Shown piece after piece: positions 1-11,712 of a DNA stretch of 64,000 bases. The position numbers and the translations under genes are program-made. Under the pieces are notes generated by a model. The model was not told where the DNA came from, ran no database searches, and saw nothing but the letters and a program-made list of their open reading frames with translations. Every line of letters starts with the position of its first letter. Positions within the stretch are counted from its first letter, which is position 1. The stretch is from Antedon mediterranea (Eukaryota; Animalia; Echinodermata), in assembly GCF_964355755.1 (NCBI RefSeq), contig NC_092679.1:14305432-14369431 (forward strand). The letters run 5' to 3'.

Positions 1-213
1 GTGGCTGCGACACGATCAGTTCCACCCTCCTTAACAGACACCGGCCGCCGCGGAGAATATGTACATAATATAGTACTATTGGTATTTGTCGCACCAGACA
101 TAAGATCAAAGGACTGTTACGAGTTCCTATCTTGACAAGACGAGCTCATCGTCATGTTGTTAAATTGTCCTGGTAAAACAAACGACCACCAACAAGGCAA
201 CACAAAATAGAAG
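1..213. repeat. Direct repeat, identical to 1076-1288 (truncated by the window start)
   Basis: GTGGCTGCGACACGATCAG...CACAAAATAGAAG recurs at an offset of 1075 bp. Confidence 0.9.
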
Positions 214-502
214 CGCTTAAAATTTTCAAAATTTATTTTCGATGAAATAAGAGTACGTTTCAGGCAATTTTAAGCGTTTACAAAATTGCCATGAGTGCGC
301 ATATTTTTGCGCGCGCACTGCGCGTTAAATGTTATTGCGCACTCTTTTTGCCCGATTTCTGTTTTCTTGACTTACTTTTCAACTCGAAATTACGTTATAC
401 GAGCACGTCAAAAGTGACAGGCTACGCACGTGTAAATTAAAAAAATATAAATGTTTTTTAACATTTCAACATTTTTAAACATGTTCAGTAATTTCGGTCA
501 GT

Positions 503-615
503 ATAGTTCACTATGTCGGTCGGTCGGTCTGTCTGTCTGTCGGTCTGTCGGTCTGTCTGTCGGTCCGGTATCACTATGCATTGTAGCACGCGACTTAATG
601 GCTGTTGGCCTTGTT
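503..615. mobile_element. End of a non-autonomous DINE-1/Helentron-like element with a (GTCG/GTCT)n tract
   Basis: ATAGTTCACTATGTC-(GTCG/GTCT)n-CCGGTATCACTATGC...GCACGCGACTTA(A)TGGCTGTTGGCCTTGTT, also at 62662-62808; family call is inferred from structure only. Confidence 0.55.
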
Positions 616-879
616 TATAAAGTGAATCACTCTCGCAGAAACAAACAAATGATGTTTTCACTTATGAAAAGACAAAATTACAGTTTTTCAGGTAAATATT
701 TTTTTTCGATTCAATTTTTTGTCAAAGTGAATACCGGTAACTATTATGAAACATTTAAAATAAATAAATATATAAAAACAAGCATATGTTTTAACATTTC
801 ATTTGTTAATTATTACATAGTGAAGTGGTACCGTAACCTTGGGAATAATGGTTCAAAAAAGCCGCGTTCAGTATCGTAT

Positions 880-965
880 CCCTCGATAGCTCAGTTGGTA
901 GAGCGGAGGACTGTAGAGTTGTCATTGGTATCCTTAGGTCGCTGGTTCAAATCCGGCTCGAGGGA
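880..965 (+). tRNA. tRNA-Tyr(GTA) with 13-nt intron
   Basis: CCCTCGATAGCTCAGTTGGTAGAGCGGAGGACTGTAG-agttgtcattggt-ATCCTTAGGTCGCTGGTTCAAATCCGGCTCGAGGGA followed by a T-run terminator. Confidence 0.96.
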
Positions 966-1075
966 CTTTTTTTTTGTTTTTATTTATTTTTTAAATAATT
1001 TTTTTTTATTAATTCTTTTCCATAAACACGTAATCAAGAATGTATAACAAGCTTCATAGATTAAAATGTTTATCT

Positions 1076-1288
1076 GTGGCTGCGACACGATCAGTTCCAC
1101 CCTCCTTAACAGACACCGGCCGCCGCGGAGAATATGTACATAATATAGTACTATTGGTATTTGTCGCACCAGACATAAGATCAAAGGACTGTTACGAGTT
1201 CCTATCTTGACAAGACGAGCTCATCGTCATGTTGTTAAATTGTCCTGGTAAAACAAACGACCACCAACAAGGCAACACAAAATAGAAG
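1076..1288. repeat. Second copy of the 1-213 repeat
   Basis: Identical to 1-213 by eye. Confidence 0.9.
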
Positions 1289-1908
1289 TGGTGCTATTTA
1301 ATAATTATTTTTGTTATTTATGGGAATAATTAATAACATAATAGTATGTATTACTGCCGTTAATGATGCATCTAAAATTAACAATAAAACAAATGAGTAA
1401 AATAATAAGAGCAAAACGAATTGCAAGAGAAAAAAAGAAGGGAAAAAATATATGAACTATAAGCACAGTGCATGTGTTATTAAAGAATGATCAAGTGAAT
1501 AAGATAAAGAGCACAAACGCTACAATGGAAAAGGAAAAAAATATGTTTATAAAATCGAATAAAAAACGCCGAACTAATAATATATAATAAATAATAATAA
1601 GGTAATTCATCATTTTATAATAAAAATAAACCTTTTCATAAAAACCCGAGAACTGGTCAGATAATTGTTCAATACACTAAAATAGTGATAATAGTACCGT
1701 AACCACATAATTCAATGGTAATGATCTATTTCTTATTACAAATTTTATCTTCTTCTTTCTATAATGACCGTCTTCATAGGCATTAGTCATTTACTTGTTG
1801 TTGATATTCGTTACTGTGTATTGGTTAATTACTTACGAGAGATCATCATCGAAATGTAAGGGTAAACGAGACATTAGTTTGTAATTTTGTCATGTCTTGG
1901 TTTTGCAG

Positions 1909-2101
1909 AAGTTTGCCTTTAGCGTTGACGATTAATGACCACAACACCCCTTACTACACAGTTCGAGTTCTCGTCCTAATGCTGTTAGAAATGGAAGGAT
2001 GCCAGAGCCATTTGGAGCGTGAACACGTGTTGTTGGAACACATACAGAATGAAGTTATAAGAGAAGATCTGTGCTTGTTAAACGACCTGTTGATGATCAA
2101 G
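1909..2101 (+). CDS. ADCY10: Soluble adenylyl cyclase (ADCY10-like), internal exon
   Basis: ttttgcag acceptor, AAG/gtagtg donor; SLPLALTINDHNTPYYTVRVLV...DLCLLNDLLMIK resembles the region after the sAC P-loop. Confidence 0.85.
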
Positions 2102-2851
2102 GTAGTGCAGCAACTTGCATTGTTTGTTAGGCCTATTTATAATAATAAATATTTTGAAAGTATACAGTATGTTACTTTTTCTTTAACTTGCATGATAAAG
2201 TCCATCATTTTCTAGTTTTTTCCCTGAATTGTTTAGCTTTATACCAAAAGACCATGCCTATTGATTTTCATGAATATCGATATATTGGTGACGTCACAAA
2301 GGCGTATTAAAATCTCGAGTTATCTGTATCTTCAATATAGGCCGAGATATTAAATACAGCGCCCTCTGTCACTTTCTGCATTTTTTCTCCAAAGATCAAA
2401 AGTCTTTTAAAGAAATTTGGTTGATCAAACGTGATTTATTTGTGTTGTGTGTGCTTTATCGTATCACCTTTAACGATTTCACAAACTTTAGCCTAAATAT
2501 TTGTGAAATTGTATGGCTACTCAAGATCGTTCATGGCATCAACCATTCCGGTCTGCTAGTATTTCTAATTAAACGTCTTCCCTCTGCTTGTAGTGCCTGC
2601 TTATATTAAATTATTCCATTGGTTGTCAATGCGTCATTCGTGTGTGCACAAGATCTTAATCGTGTCAGTTACTCTTTATGGATTTACTTAATAAACAAAA
2701 AAACTTGTTTGAGCAGTTTTAATCTCATCTTTATTGAACGACTGTCACAAACATACATCCATTTTGGTGAAGTACTTCCCATCATCAGTGTGAAGCTAAT
2801 TACACGGTGCGTTTATTATATTTTTTTATGGATTATTTATGTATTCTACAG

Positions 2852-3219
2852 ATGCCAAGTAACCCGAGGTTTTTAATGATGGATCGTGTAAAACTAAGCA
2901 CTGAATTCAGAGCATTACTGATGAAAATTGTTAGGCAGTTTAGTAAAAAACAACCAATCCTGTTCGCGATTGACGACGCTCATTATATCGACAAAGAATC
3001 ATGGGATTTCTTTACAGACTTATCTAAAACGCCATACGTTATGTGCGTCTTATCCATGCGGCCGTTCACAAATGAGAACCAGCCTACTGCGTCGGCTAGG
3101 ACTGTTCTTGCCAGTAACAAGGTTATGAAGATTCGACTACGTGGTTTGAAATCTGAACAAATGGCATCTCTAGCCTGCCAACTTTTAGACGTTGAAAGAG
3201 TTCCAATTGAATTGGTCGA
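2852..3219 (+). CDS. ADCY10: ADCY10-like exon (NTPase Walker-B-like region)
   Basis: ttctacag acceptor, GA/gtaagt donor; PILFAIDDAHYIDKESWDF...LACQLLDVERVP. Confidence 0.92.
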
Positions 3220-3602
3220 GTAAGTTTTAATATTTGTTTATCTGTCGTCTTATTTATTTATTCAAACTTGTATAGAGGGTACTGACCCAAAATAAATATT
3301 GACAATCAAGGGGCCCTCATATAAACAAATATATAGGCATATAACAATAAAATAATATACAGTATATACATACAGAAATATAGCATAGTATACTGTACTA
3401 TAAGTAGCCCTATTGATTTTTTATTCGGGTCAAATATTTTATGAGAACAGACTTTATTATTAATAATGACTTTATTATTATACTAAAAGCTGTATCTGTT
3501 TTGTTGTTGTTTTTTTTTTAACTCTTTGCTACTGGTATACATACAAATACTTCGTTGTTTTCCTCTTTATAAAATACCCTGACTGGAATTTCTATTGGAC
3601 AG

Positions 3603-3723
3603 ATTACTGAAGGAACGAAGTCATGGAGTGCCATCATGGTGTGAACAGCTGACACGAGAAATGTTAAGTGAGGGGCACATTCAAGTTGTATCGCAGAGCA
3701 ACTCCTCTAAAGAAGCTAATCAC
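3603..3723 (+). CDS. ADCY10: ADCY10-like exon
   Basis: cag acceptor phase-matched to the previous exon; LLKERSHGVPSWCEQL (GxP motif); CAC/gtaaga donor. Confidence 0.85.
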
Positions 3724-3860
3724 GTAAGAAAAGTTTATGTTGAAATTGTATTTTTTACATACACACTACAATTTATTAATCGTTTTCATGGGTATCATTG
3801 TATCCTTAGGTGTACCAACAAGGTACAAAGGAAGGTTTCCACTGATTATTTTCTCTTCAG

Positions 3861-3953
3861 ATATCGGCAAGTGTTGAAGCTATCCAAAAGAGAGAAGGAA
3901 GTGTTGGTAGTGGTGGTTACAGCAGAAGTCGACGAGGCAGTCTTGATGTAAAG
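3861..3953 (+). CDS. ADCY10: ADCY10-like exon (low-complexity insertion)
   Basis: ttctcttcag acceptor, AAG/gtgaaa donor, 93 nt, phase 0-0; ISASVEAIQKREGSVGSGGYSRSRRGSLDVK. Confidence 0.75.
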
Positions 3954-4341
3954 GTGAAATATGCTATCAATACATTTACAAGTATTCAGCAATATATATT
4001 TACATTGTTAGACACAATATTGCATTGATCTTGTAGAGAAACGTTTATTTTCGGTAGTCTTAAGACCCTTATACATGTCACAGAATGTATTTATGAAATC
4101 TGATGGAACCACTAGCTAGACTATTTTTATAAGTAGGTCTAAGATTTTAATGTGAGACGCACCTTGCGAGAATGTGTACTGGTTGTTTTTAATGGAACTT
4201 ATCCACAGAGAAATATATAATGAGTTCAGCCTTGCTCTCCGAAATCAACAACACCTCCTTCCTCTGAATTAATAAACTTGATTTCGAATGTTTTCAATAA
4301 TAACAATCAGTAAAATATCTCGTTCAATAATTGTATTTCAG

Positions 4342-4525
4342 GACTCTGGATCTTTGAAAGTTCCGGTGTTAGGCACCCAGTTGTTGGAAAGACTTACAAA
4401 CATAATGGAATCTGCCAATGACGATCAAGATATGTTTGACGACGAGTTTAATGTTGGTGGAATGATTTGCATCGTAACACCAGGAGTAGTGCTATCAAAG
4501 TTACCTGTGCCAGATTCAATGAAAG
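4342..4525 (+). CDS. ADCY10: ADCY10-like exon
   Basis: tatttcag acceptor, G/gtatat donor; ...ICIVTPGVVLSKLPVPDSMK. Confidence 0.87.
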
Positions 4526-5610
4526 GTATATTTCAAAATCTAAGAACTAAAGCTCTCTTTAGACTATCAATCTAGTGTGAAGTTTGATAGTTTGACGCCT
4601 CGAACTCTATGTCGCTAAACTCCTTTCTGGTCATGCTACTTATTCTACCTATCCCGCCATTCTAATTTTAATATTATTCCCTTCTCTTTAAGGCATCAGT
4701 ATTTTTTACTTAAATTTATTTGTGCCATCACGCAGTCCCCTGAACACCCTCTTCGTCTATTTCTTCCTCCTGTTCGTACTATGTCTATGGTCCTTCGCCA
4801 TAATCGACACTCTTCTCATCTTCTATTTAAAGGACATACAACTCGTTTTCGTCACTCTACTCTACCTCACTCACTGTGTCACTCGCTCAATCTTTTCATC
4901 TTAACGTGTCTTCCTCTTCTGTGCTTGGCATTAAAACTGCCCTTAAGATGTAACCTATTATTTATTACACGTTTATTAATTATTATAATAACAATAACAA
5001 TAATCAAAATAACAATAATTACAATAATTAAAAATAAGAATAACTACTACTGTAGTAATTACTTTTATGTGTTTAAATTTTAAATGTAAATATGTATAAT
5101 TATGTTTGTATGATGTAGTATGTTTAAGCGGATATTAGCCCTTGATAGCATTTGCAGCAATAAAGAAATTGAATTGAATTGGATAGTGTAGACAGAGCAT
5201 ATTAAGACCATTCAAACACACCGAGTGTATCTTTGCGATTATTTGAAGTCGTTGACTGATCTATGTTGCGCTTCATAATTGGCTTCAAGGAGGTATTCTG
5301 TGTGACATTTGTGATGAAAGTTTGCAACATGGCTAAATATCTTTAATAGGTCAAAATAAACCAGAAAAACGTTGTTGCCCAAGGTTTAACCCCGTTATGG
5401 ACCTTTACAAGATGGCGGCCAAACTGTCATCACAAATTTGTTGACATCTTTGAACCCGACTATTAAAAGTGAGATGTAAATTTTTAGTAACAAAAGATCC
5501 GTTACTTCAACAAAAGTTTGTAAAATAAATATTTAAATACAATTAAACATGATTTCAATAGATTTAGTTTTTTTACTTTTTTCACGAACGTGTTTTTCCC
5601 TTTTATTCAG

Positions 5611-6255
5611 GAATGTTGATGGCACGAATCGACCGAATGAAACCATCTGAACAAATGGTTGTCAAGTGTGCAGCCATTCTTGGTGTGACATTTACACGAA
5701 AAATGCTCGAAGTGATCGTGCCAAACTGCAACACGCGCAAACTCAGACGTTCTTTACAAACACTTATGCAAACGCGCGTATTTGAGTGCGCAACACCGCC
5801 GTCAGACGCGACCCAGACGCGAAGGCTCAGCGTTAAAATCTCCAGTCAACAGGGTTATAGTAACCGAATGAAAGGTCAGATTGAATGTTACTGTAGAGGC
5901 ACAGAAGATGATGCTACCGAAGATTGGGAAGAGTCTTTCCAATGCCTTCCAATCACAAGTTGCAGATTCCTGCGTTTTTGTAGTACTCTGATGCAAGAAA
6001 CCGCGTACGGACTATTTTTGATAAACCAAAGAAAAACTCTTCACGAACAGTCCGCTGTATTCCTAGAGTCTCAAGCTCACAAGTGTAAACACTGTGGAGG
6101 TGGTGATTTCATACCTGGGCATCATTCGGGAACTGCATCCGGTAGTACTACCATCATTAAAGGCCACAAGGCGAATTTCTCGACGACGTCCGTAGCTTCA
6201 GCAAGGCGTGGAGCTGTTTCCCCGCAGAGTTCAACTGACGAAATATTCACTCCAG
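5611..6255 (+). CDS. ADCY10: ADCY10-like exon
   Basis: ttttattcag acceptor, G/gtaaag donor; MARIDRMKPSEQMVVKCAAILG...FCSTLMQETAY...AHKCKHCGGGDFIPGHH, characteristic sAC motifs. Confidence 0.95.
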
Positions 6256-6283
6256 GTAAAGATAAATTAACTTTGGTTTAAAT

Positions 6284-6412
6284 TAGGACGCAACGCAAAG
6301 GCATACGCGCAACGTAGCCAATCACAAGCGATAGTTCGGATGATCCGTCGCGTCGTGATTGGTCTAATTACTTGCATTGCGCTAACGTCCTTGTCTCGCG
6401 TTTTAGTGGGAA
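6284..6412. mobile_element. Decayed palindromic MITE of the family seen at 63626-64000
   Basis: TAGGACGCAACGCAA...CCAATCACAAGCGA...GTGATTGGTC...TAGTGGGAA. Confidence 0.6.
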
Positions 6413-6538
6413 TTTTGTAGGTTTAGGTACAGTATATAACGAGTAACTATTGACTTTCAGCAATAATACATACAATATATGCATTAATGTGTCAGATTAC
6501 TGTGTATAACAGCAGTATGCTTATTTTATATTCCACAG

Positions 6539-6595
6539 AGGTAAGTCGACGTAAAATAAAAAAACCTCCAGGAGCAACGCCAGTGTTAGATATTG
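6539..6595 (+). CDS. ADCY10: Probable 57-nt ADCY10-like exon
   Basis: ttccacag acceptor, G/gtaggt donor, phase 1-1, open frame EVSRRKIKKPPGATPVLDI; no homology support. Confidence 0.6.
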
Positions 6596-7120
6596 GTAGG
6601 TATTAGTAATTTCCCATGGCGCTCTGGTAGACCTGTTTTGTACACGTTATTTTACAGATTTCGCCTGCTTAAAGATGTAATATAACATTTGTTATATTTT
6701 CTCTCAGAACTGTATTCTATAGTCTCCCTCCCCTGGGGTATCAAATTGCATATGAAATATATTTACCTTTAGCAATATTGAAAATGTATTAATATGATTT
6801 ATACTGCAATTGAAATGTACCGCTTTATGTCTTATTATTATTTTCATTTTTGTGTCTTATATATATATGTTTTTTTTGCTTTTGAATGTTTTGTTTTGGC
6901 GTCCCTGGCACAAGTTTTTGCTTTTTTGGTGACGCCACCATTTTGGAAATAAATGTTGATTTTGATTGATTGATTGATAGAAAACAATACATAGCCAAAA
7001 TCTTACTCCCGTCATTTCAACCAATCACATTCTCGTATTTACATAAGCGATTACGATTTGGGCTAAGTAAAAATACTGGTAGTTTTCAAATATTCACAAA
7101 AGCCGCTTGCTGTATCATAT

Positions 7121-7210
7121 CCCTCGGTACGTAGCTCAGTTGGTAGAGCGGAGGACTGTAGAGTTGTCATTGTTATCCTTAGGTCGCTGGTTCAAATCCG
7201 GCTCGAGGGA
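7121..7210 (+). pseudogene. tRNA-Tyr(GTA) copy with a 4-nt insertion at the base of the acceptor stem
   Basis: CCCTCG-GTAC-GTAGCTCAG instead of CCCTCGATAGCTCAG; the rest is intact. Confidence 0.75.
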
Positions 7211-7424
7211 GAATTTGTTTTTATTTTCTGAATAACCAAATAATGCACAGCTCCCCTTTATGTTGCTCGTCATAATAGCATTTCCCATATCAATACGGTT
7301 TTATTTTAAAAAGTAATAGTAATAATTTGGCTTTTAATTGCCAAAAAGATTCATAGATATTATAGATATACAATTATGAGTGACACTGCTTTTATTAAAT
7401 TAAACTTCTCTTAATTTACATCAG

Positions 7425-7581
7425 TAATATCCAGCGATGGTAAAGTTGAAAACAAAAAGACAGTGACGATAAACGAAGATGCTAAAGAAACGGAAGGACA
7501 TGAAAACGCATCTGATTTCAACCAAAAAAGACGTATGAGTTTGCGAAAATCATCAATAGCAAGCCAATGGAGTATAATAAG
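7425..7581 (+). CDS. ADCY10: ADCY10-like exon
   Basis: tacatcag acceptor (phase 1), AG/gttcgt donor (phase 2), matching the flanking exons; ...QKRRMSLRKSSIASQWSII. Confidence 0.72.
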
Positions 7582-8459
7582 GTTCGTAGTAGGTTTTCTA
7601 ATAAGTAATAGTTATTGCGCGCTATTTATTGTTATACGTATGATGAAAGGCCGTGTGTGTCAAAACATTTATCTTTTTACCAATATTGTGCCGAAATACA
7701 GTCTAGAATCTAGACTAGTTTTCATATTACTAGAAATTGCAAAGTGCAAGTGAGTGCCGCGAGAAGATCTATAGCTTAACGTAGTTGTTTTGATGACACA
7801 AAGGACCATCCCAGAAGACACACCGGATGTCTATATTATTATTAGTAACGCTTCTCATTATACCACACACAAACTATGCATTGTACAATCGTCGACTGCT
7901 ATACATGATTTCACTCGGCAGAGAGCGAAATTCATAAACCTGCCTAAGTCGTCTTAGGCCAATGTTTTGTAGTCAAACAATGAACTTTCGGTTCAAGCAA
8001 TGAGGCATGGCGGGAAGTCAAATTGCTGTAGCGAATGTAAATAGCTGCTACGCAGAAATTATAGCACTTTTTCGTTTTCCATGACCGACGCGAAACTAAC
8101 TCCAATACGAGTCGAGTTGAAAAGTCTTTGCATGCTCTCATAAACGTAATATGAGCATGCGCAAAATGACTTTAGTGTTAGACTTTATGGGCCTAGATAC
8201 TACGTGTCATGAAAACCTTTAGTAAAATATTATCGTAAAAATCAGCACTGTTCCTTTACATATGTAGCAAACTTAACTTGTCTTGTACCCATATTTTTAG
8301 ATTAATAATTATATATGTTAGTTCAATTATTTATATGAAACAGCCTTATGCAATGTGTTTCTTATGAATACACATTTTAACTGTAAATTATTGGTAAAGA
8401 CAGTTAATAAGTAAAGGTACTGTGCTATTTATATTCATGAAAGCTGGTTGTATTTATAT

Positions 8460-8546
8460 CCCTCGATAGCTCAGTTGGTAGAGCGGAGGACTGTAGAGTT
8501 GTTAATTGATATCCTTAGGTCGCTGGTTCAAATCCGGCTCGAGGGA
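8460..8546 (+). tRNA. tRNA-Tyr(GTA) with 14-nt intron
   Basis: Intact mature sequence, intron agttgttaattgat, T-run terminator. Confidence 0.95.
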
Positions 8547-8674
8547 AGATTTTTATTCACATTTTCCTTTGTTTTTCATTGATAATGAATTTTTAAAAGA
8601 TTTTACATTTTTGGGATAATTTACCCATTCTTGTTTATTTCAAATAAAATATTATAGACAAGAAATAAAATTAT

Positions 8675-8941
8675 TTTCCACACCGGGAATCGAACCCGGG
8701 CCGCGGCGGAGAGCGCCGAATCTTAAGAAAACTTGAGAAACCCAAAATTGAATCGCTAATATTGATGTTCGTGTTTATCATGGAACACATGATTCATTAT
8801 AATTAAATTGTATTGAAACAAACACTCCATATGCTACGATCAAAAAGAAAGCGAGACACCACCCTCGATCTCAGTTGGTAGAGCGGAGGATTATTATTAT
8901 TGTCATTGTTATTCTTAGGTCGCTGGTTCAAATCCGAGGGA
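8675..8941. pseudogene. Decayed array unit: deleted tRNA-Glu (-) and tRNA-Tyr (+) whose anticodon is replaced by (TTA)n
   Basis: CACACCGGGAATCGAACCCGGGCCGCGGCGGAGAG..., array-like spacer, then CCCTCGATCTCAGTTGG...GGATTATTATTATTG. Confidence 0.85.
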
Positions 8942-9111
8942 CTGTTTTACTTTGTTGTTTGAAATTGTTTTAAAAAAGGCAATCGACACAATAGAAACAA
9001 ATACAAATTTTAACAAAAATGCTTGCTCTTTAATTTGTAAATTATTAAAATCGTTTGATAAATACTGGTCGGGTTCCATTATATTTGCAAAAGCCGTTTT
9101 CTGTAACATAT

Positions 9112-9179
9112 CCCTCGATAGCTCAGTTGGTAGAGCGGAAGACTGTAGAGTTGTCAATGTTATCCTTAGGTCGCTGGTT
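9112..9179 (+). pseudogene. 3'-truncated tRNA-Tyr within a local 176-bp duplication
   Basis: Stops after GCTGGTT; the upstream flank is repeated 176 bp later. Confidence 0.85.
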
Positions 9180-9287
9180 TGTATTTTAACAAAAATGCTT
9201 GCTCTTTAATTTGTAAATTATTAAAATCGTTTGATAAATACTGGTCGGGTTCCATTATATTTGCAAAAGCTGTTTTCTGTAACATAT

Positions 9288-9373
9288 CCCTCGATAGCTC
9301 AGTTGGTAGAGCGGAGGACTGTAGAGTTGTCAATGTTATCCTTAGGTCGCTGGTTCAAATCCGGCTCGAGGGA
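9288..9373 (+). tRNA. tRNA-Tyr(GTA) with 13-nt intron
   Basis: Intact mature sequence, intron agttgtcaatgtt. Confidence 0.95.
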
Positions 9374-9778
9374 GAATTTGTTTTTATTTTCTGATTGACC
9401 GAAAAATGTTCAATTCTAAATAGACTTACCGATATATTTTTTGTAAGAAAAACTCTCCACACCAGGAATGGAACCCATGCCGCAAGGGTTAGAATCCTAA
9501 CCGCTAGATCATTAGCACAAGCTTATGCCTATTGTAACCATTATCAACCTACAGTGTGTAATGATAAATTTAACTAGAAATCGTGTAGGAAAGTCCACAA
9601 AAAATAACTGCTTCAATACGGTTTGAAAGCCTTTCGAGCACAAAGTTATTGAACCGGAGATTATGTTATGATATTGATAAATTATTACTTAAGAAGATTT
9701 GTAAATTATTATCAAAAGCGGTTAATAAATACGGGTAGTTTTAAAATATATTTACAAAAGGCGCTTGGTGTATCGTAA

Positions 9779-9864
9779 CCCTCGATAGCTCAGTTGGTAG
9801 AGCGGAGGACTGTAGAGTTATCATTGTTATCCTTAGGTCGCTGGTTCAAATCCGGCTCGAGGGA
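9779..9864 (+). tRNA. tRNA-Tyr(GTA) with 13-nt intron
   Basis: Intact mature sequence, intron agttatcattgtt. Confidence 0.95.
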
Positions 9865-10537
9865 GAATTGGTTTTTATTTTTTGAATAACCGAATAATGT
9901 ACAAGTAATAGTTTTTATGTATTATTTATACTGTTCACCTATTTTATGTATTATTTATACTGTTCACCTATTTTTTTTTTTTTTTTTTTTTTTTTTAGTT
10001 TTTTTTTATTTACTATGTATAAGTATTTTTTTTTTCTGTCTGACATTTTGTAAGTAGGCCCTAATGTGTCTTTGCTACTGACCTATTGCATCGATTTATT
10101 GATTTGCTCGTTATACAATTGTTTTTAAGTATCTACTCAAGTGTGCAATTACTACTGTACATTTGTTTTTGTTTTTCCAATGTAAGTTAATTATTTAAGT
10201 TTTATCATCATTTACCTTTTATATGTTGTTGTTTATATTTGTATGGACGCACCACTGAAAGGTGTGTGCCACTGATTCGAAAGTGAGTACCAATAAATAC
10301 TGAATACCGAATACTCGTTATAGTAGCATTACCTCTTGCTCTGTATATCAATATAGTTTTATTTCATTTTTTATGTGAAAAAAATCAGTCTCCATCACAT
10401 TATTTAGGCCTAAAGTAAATAAAAACACACAAAACAACATTGTTTCCTGTAACCTACAAATAAGTCGATTTAAACTTTAAAAGTATTTTACGGAAGGGCT
10501 TGAAAAGAATATAAAATGCAAGCAAACAAAAAAAATA

Positions 10538-10600
10538 CTCCCAACCCGGGAATCAAACCTGGACCTAGAGCGCCGAATCCTAACCACTACACTATATGGC
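10538..10600 (-). pseudogene. Decayed tRNA-Glu remnant (another lies at about 9455-9512)
   Basis: CCGGGAATCAAACCTGG...AGAGCGCCGAATCCTAACCACTAC with an internal deletion. Confidence 0.7.
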
Positions 10601-11504
10601 GCAAGCTGATGATCAGTTTGATTGTAGCGATTCATCTAGATTATGTAATAATTCTAGATTATGTAATAATATATTTAGAGCACAAAGTGCACTCACTACC
10701 AACAAGATAAGGCACAGAGTATTTGTAACATTTTGAGGGATTTTTAATTGCGCTTTTATTGGTCATGAGGAAGTCCAGCTTCCTAACCAGAACTACTGTA
10801 CTCCATGTGACGTATTAATTGTTAGTTAATACGTGGTTAATAGTGTCCAATAATTTTTTTAATTTTCATGAAATATGCTTTCTTAATCTTTTGTTTGGTT
10901 AGGAAGGAAGTGGTTTGGTAAGAATACCTCTAATGAGATTTAGGTGACTGACCCGATCAACCTAGTAGGCCCAATATGAAAAGAATTGTTTGTTTTTCAT
11001 TCATAATACTCTGGTCCATTATTAATTTACTACTTTACGCGTGTAATAATGCTTGTATTTACTGTAGGCCTACCTGACTGTTTTTGTTATCGAACTCTAG
11101 GTATGTAGTAACGCCTATAGGCACCATTGACTGAATAGTAGGCAACAGGGCGTTTTCTGTAGACCTAAACAAAACGGTTTTTCAATCAATCTAAATTGTT
11201 ATGAATTAATTAATTAACTTTAACTTAACTTTCCTACATGAATTATGATTAAAATGTCTATAATTTCCACCGTACGATAAATGTTAAAGTATTTTTCTAC
11301 GAGGTGTTTTGAACTAGGCCTATTACTTTTGAACACTATATCCTATAATTATTATATAATATATGCAGTACCGGGCTGAGAATCGGATGGCTAAAAAAAA
11401 GTGGATTTAGACATTTTCACACTTCTCTCTGGTCATAGTAAAGTATAATATAAATTGAGATTTTTTTATAAATATTATGGTTTTTATTGTTTCAATTTTT
11501 ACAG

Positions 11505-11712
11505 CATCGATGATTCTTTTGCTGACCGTATGGGGAATGCTGAGAGTATACTAGATACTATTGACATGCGAGAGTGCGAGTGTCCACTCATACTCAACAC
11601 AGTCTACCCTCAATTGGTCAGGCATTGGAGAGCAGCAGCTAACACAGAGAAAACAATACATTTTTTGGTAGAAGCCGGTAGCGCAGCCGTGACCACTGAA
11701 AACAACTTACAA
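11505..11712 (+). CDS. ADCY10: ADCY10-like exon preceding the giant intron
   Basis: tttttacag acceptor, CAA/gtaagt donor; RECECPLILNTVYPQLVRHWRAAANTEKTIHFLVEAGSAA. Confidence 0.93.

Noticed and set aside
451-1047. 198-aa ORF and other short track ORFs (8915-9577, 22365, 23456, 24722, 49644, 62670-63012, 63754)
   Set aside because: They run through microsatellites, tRNA genes, MITEs or antisense to real ORFs; no recognisable protein features
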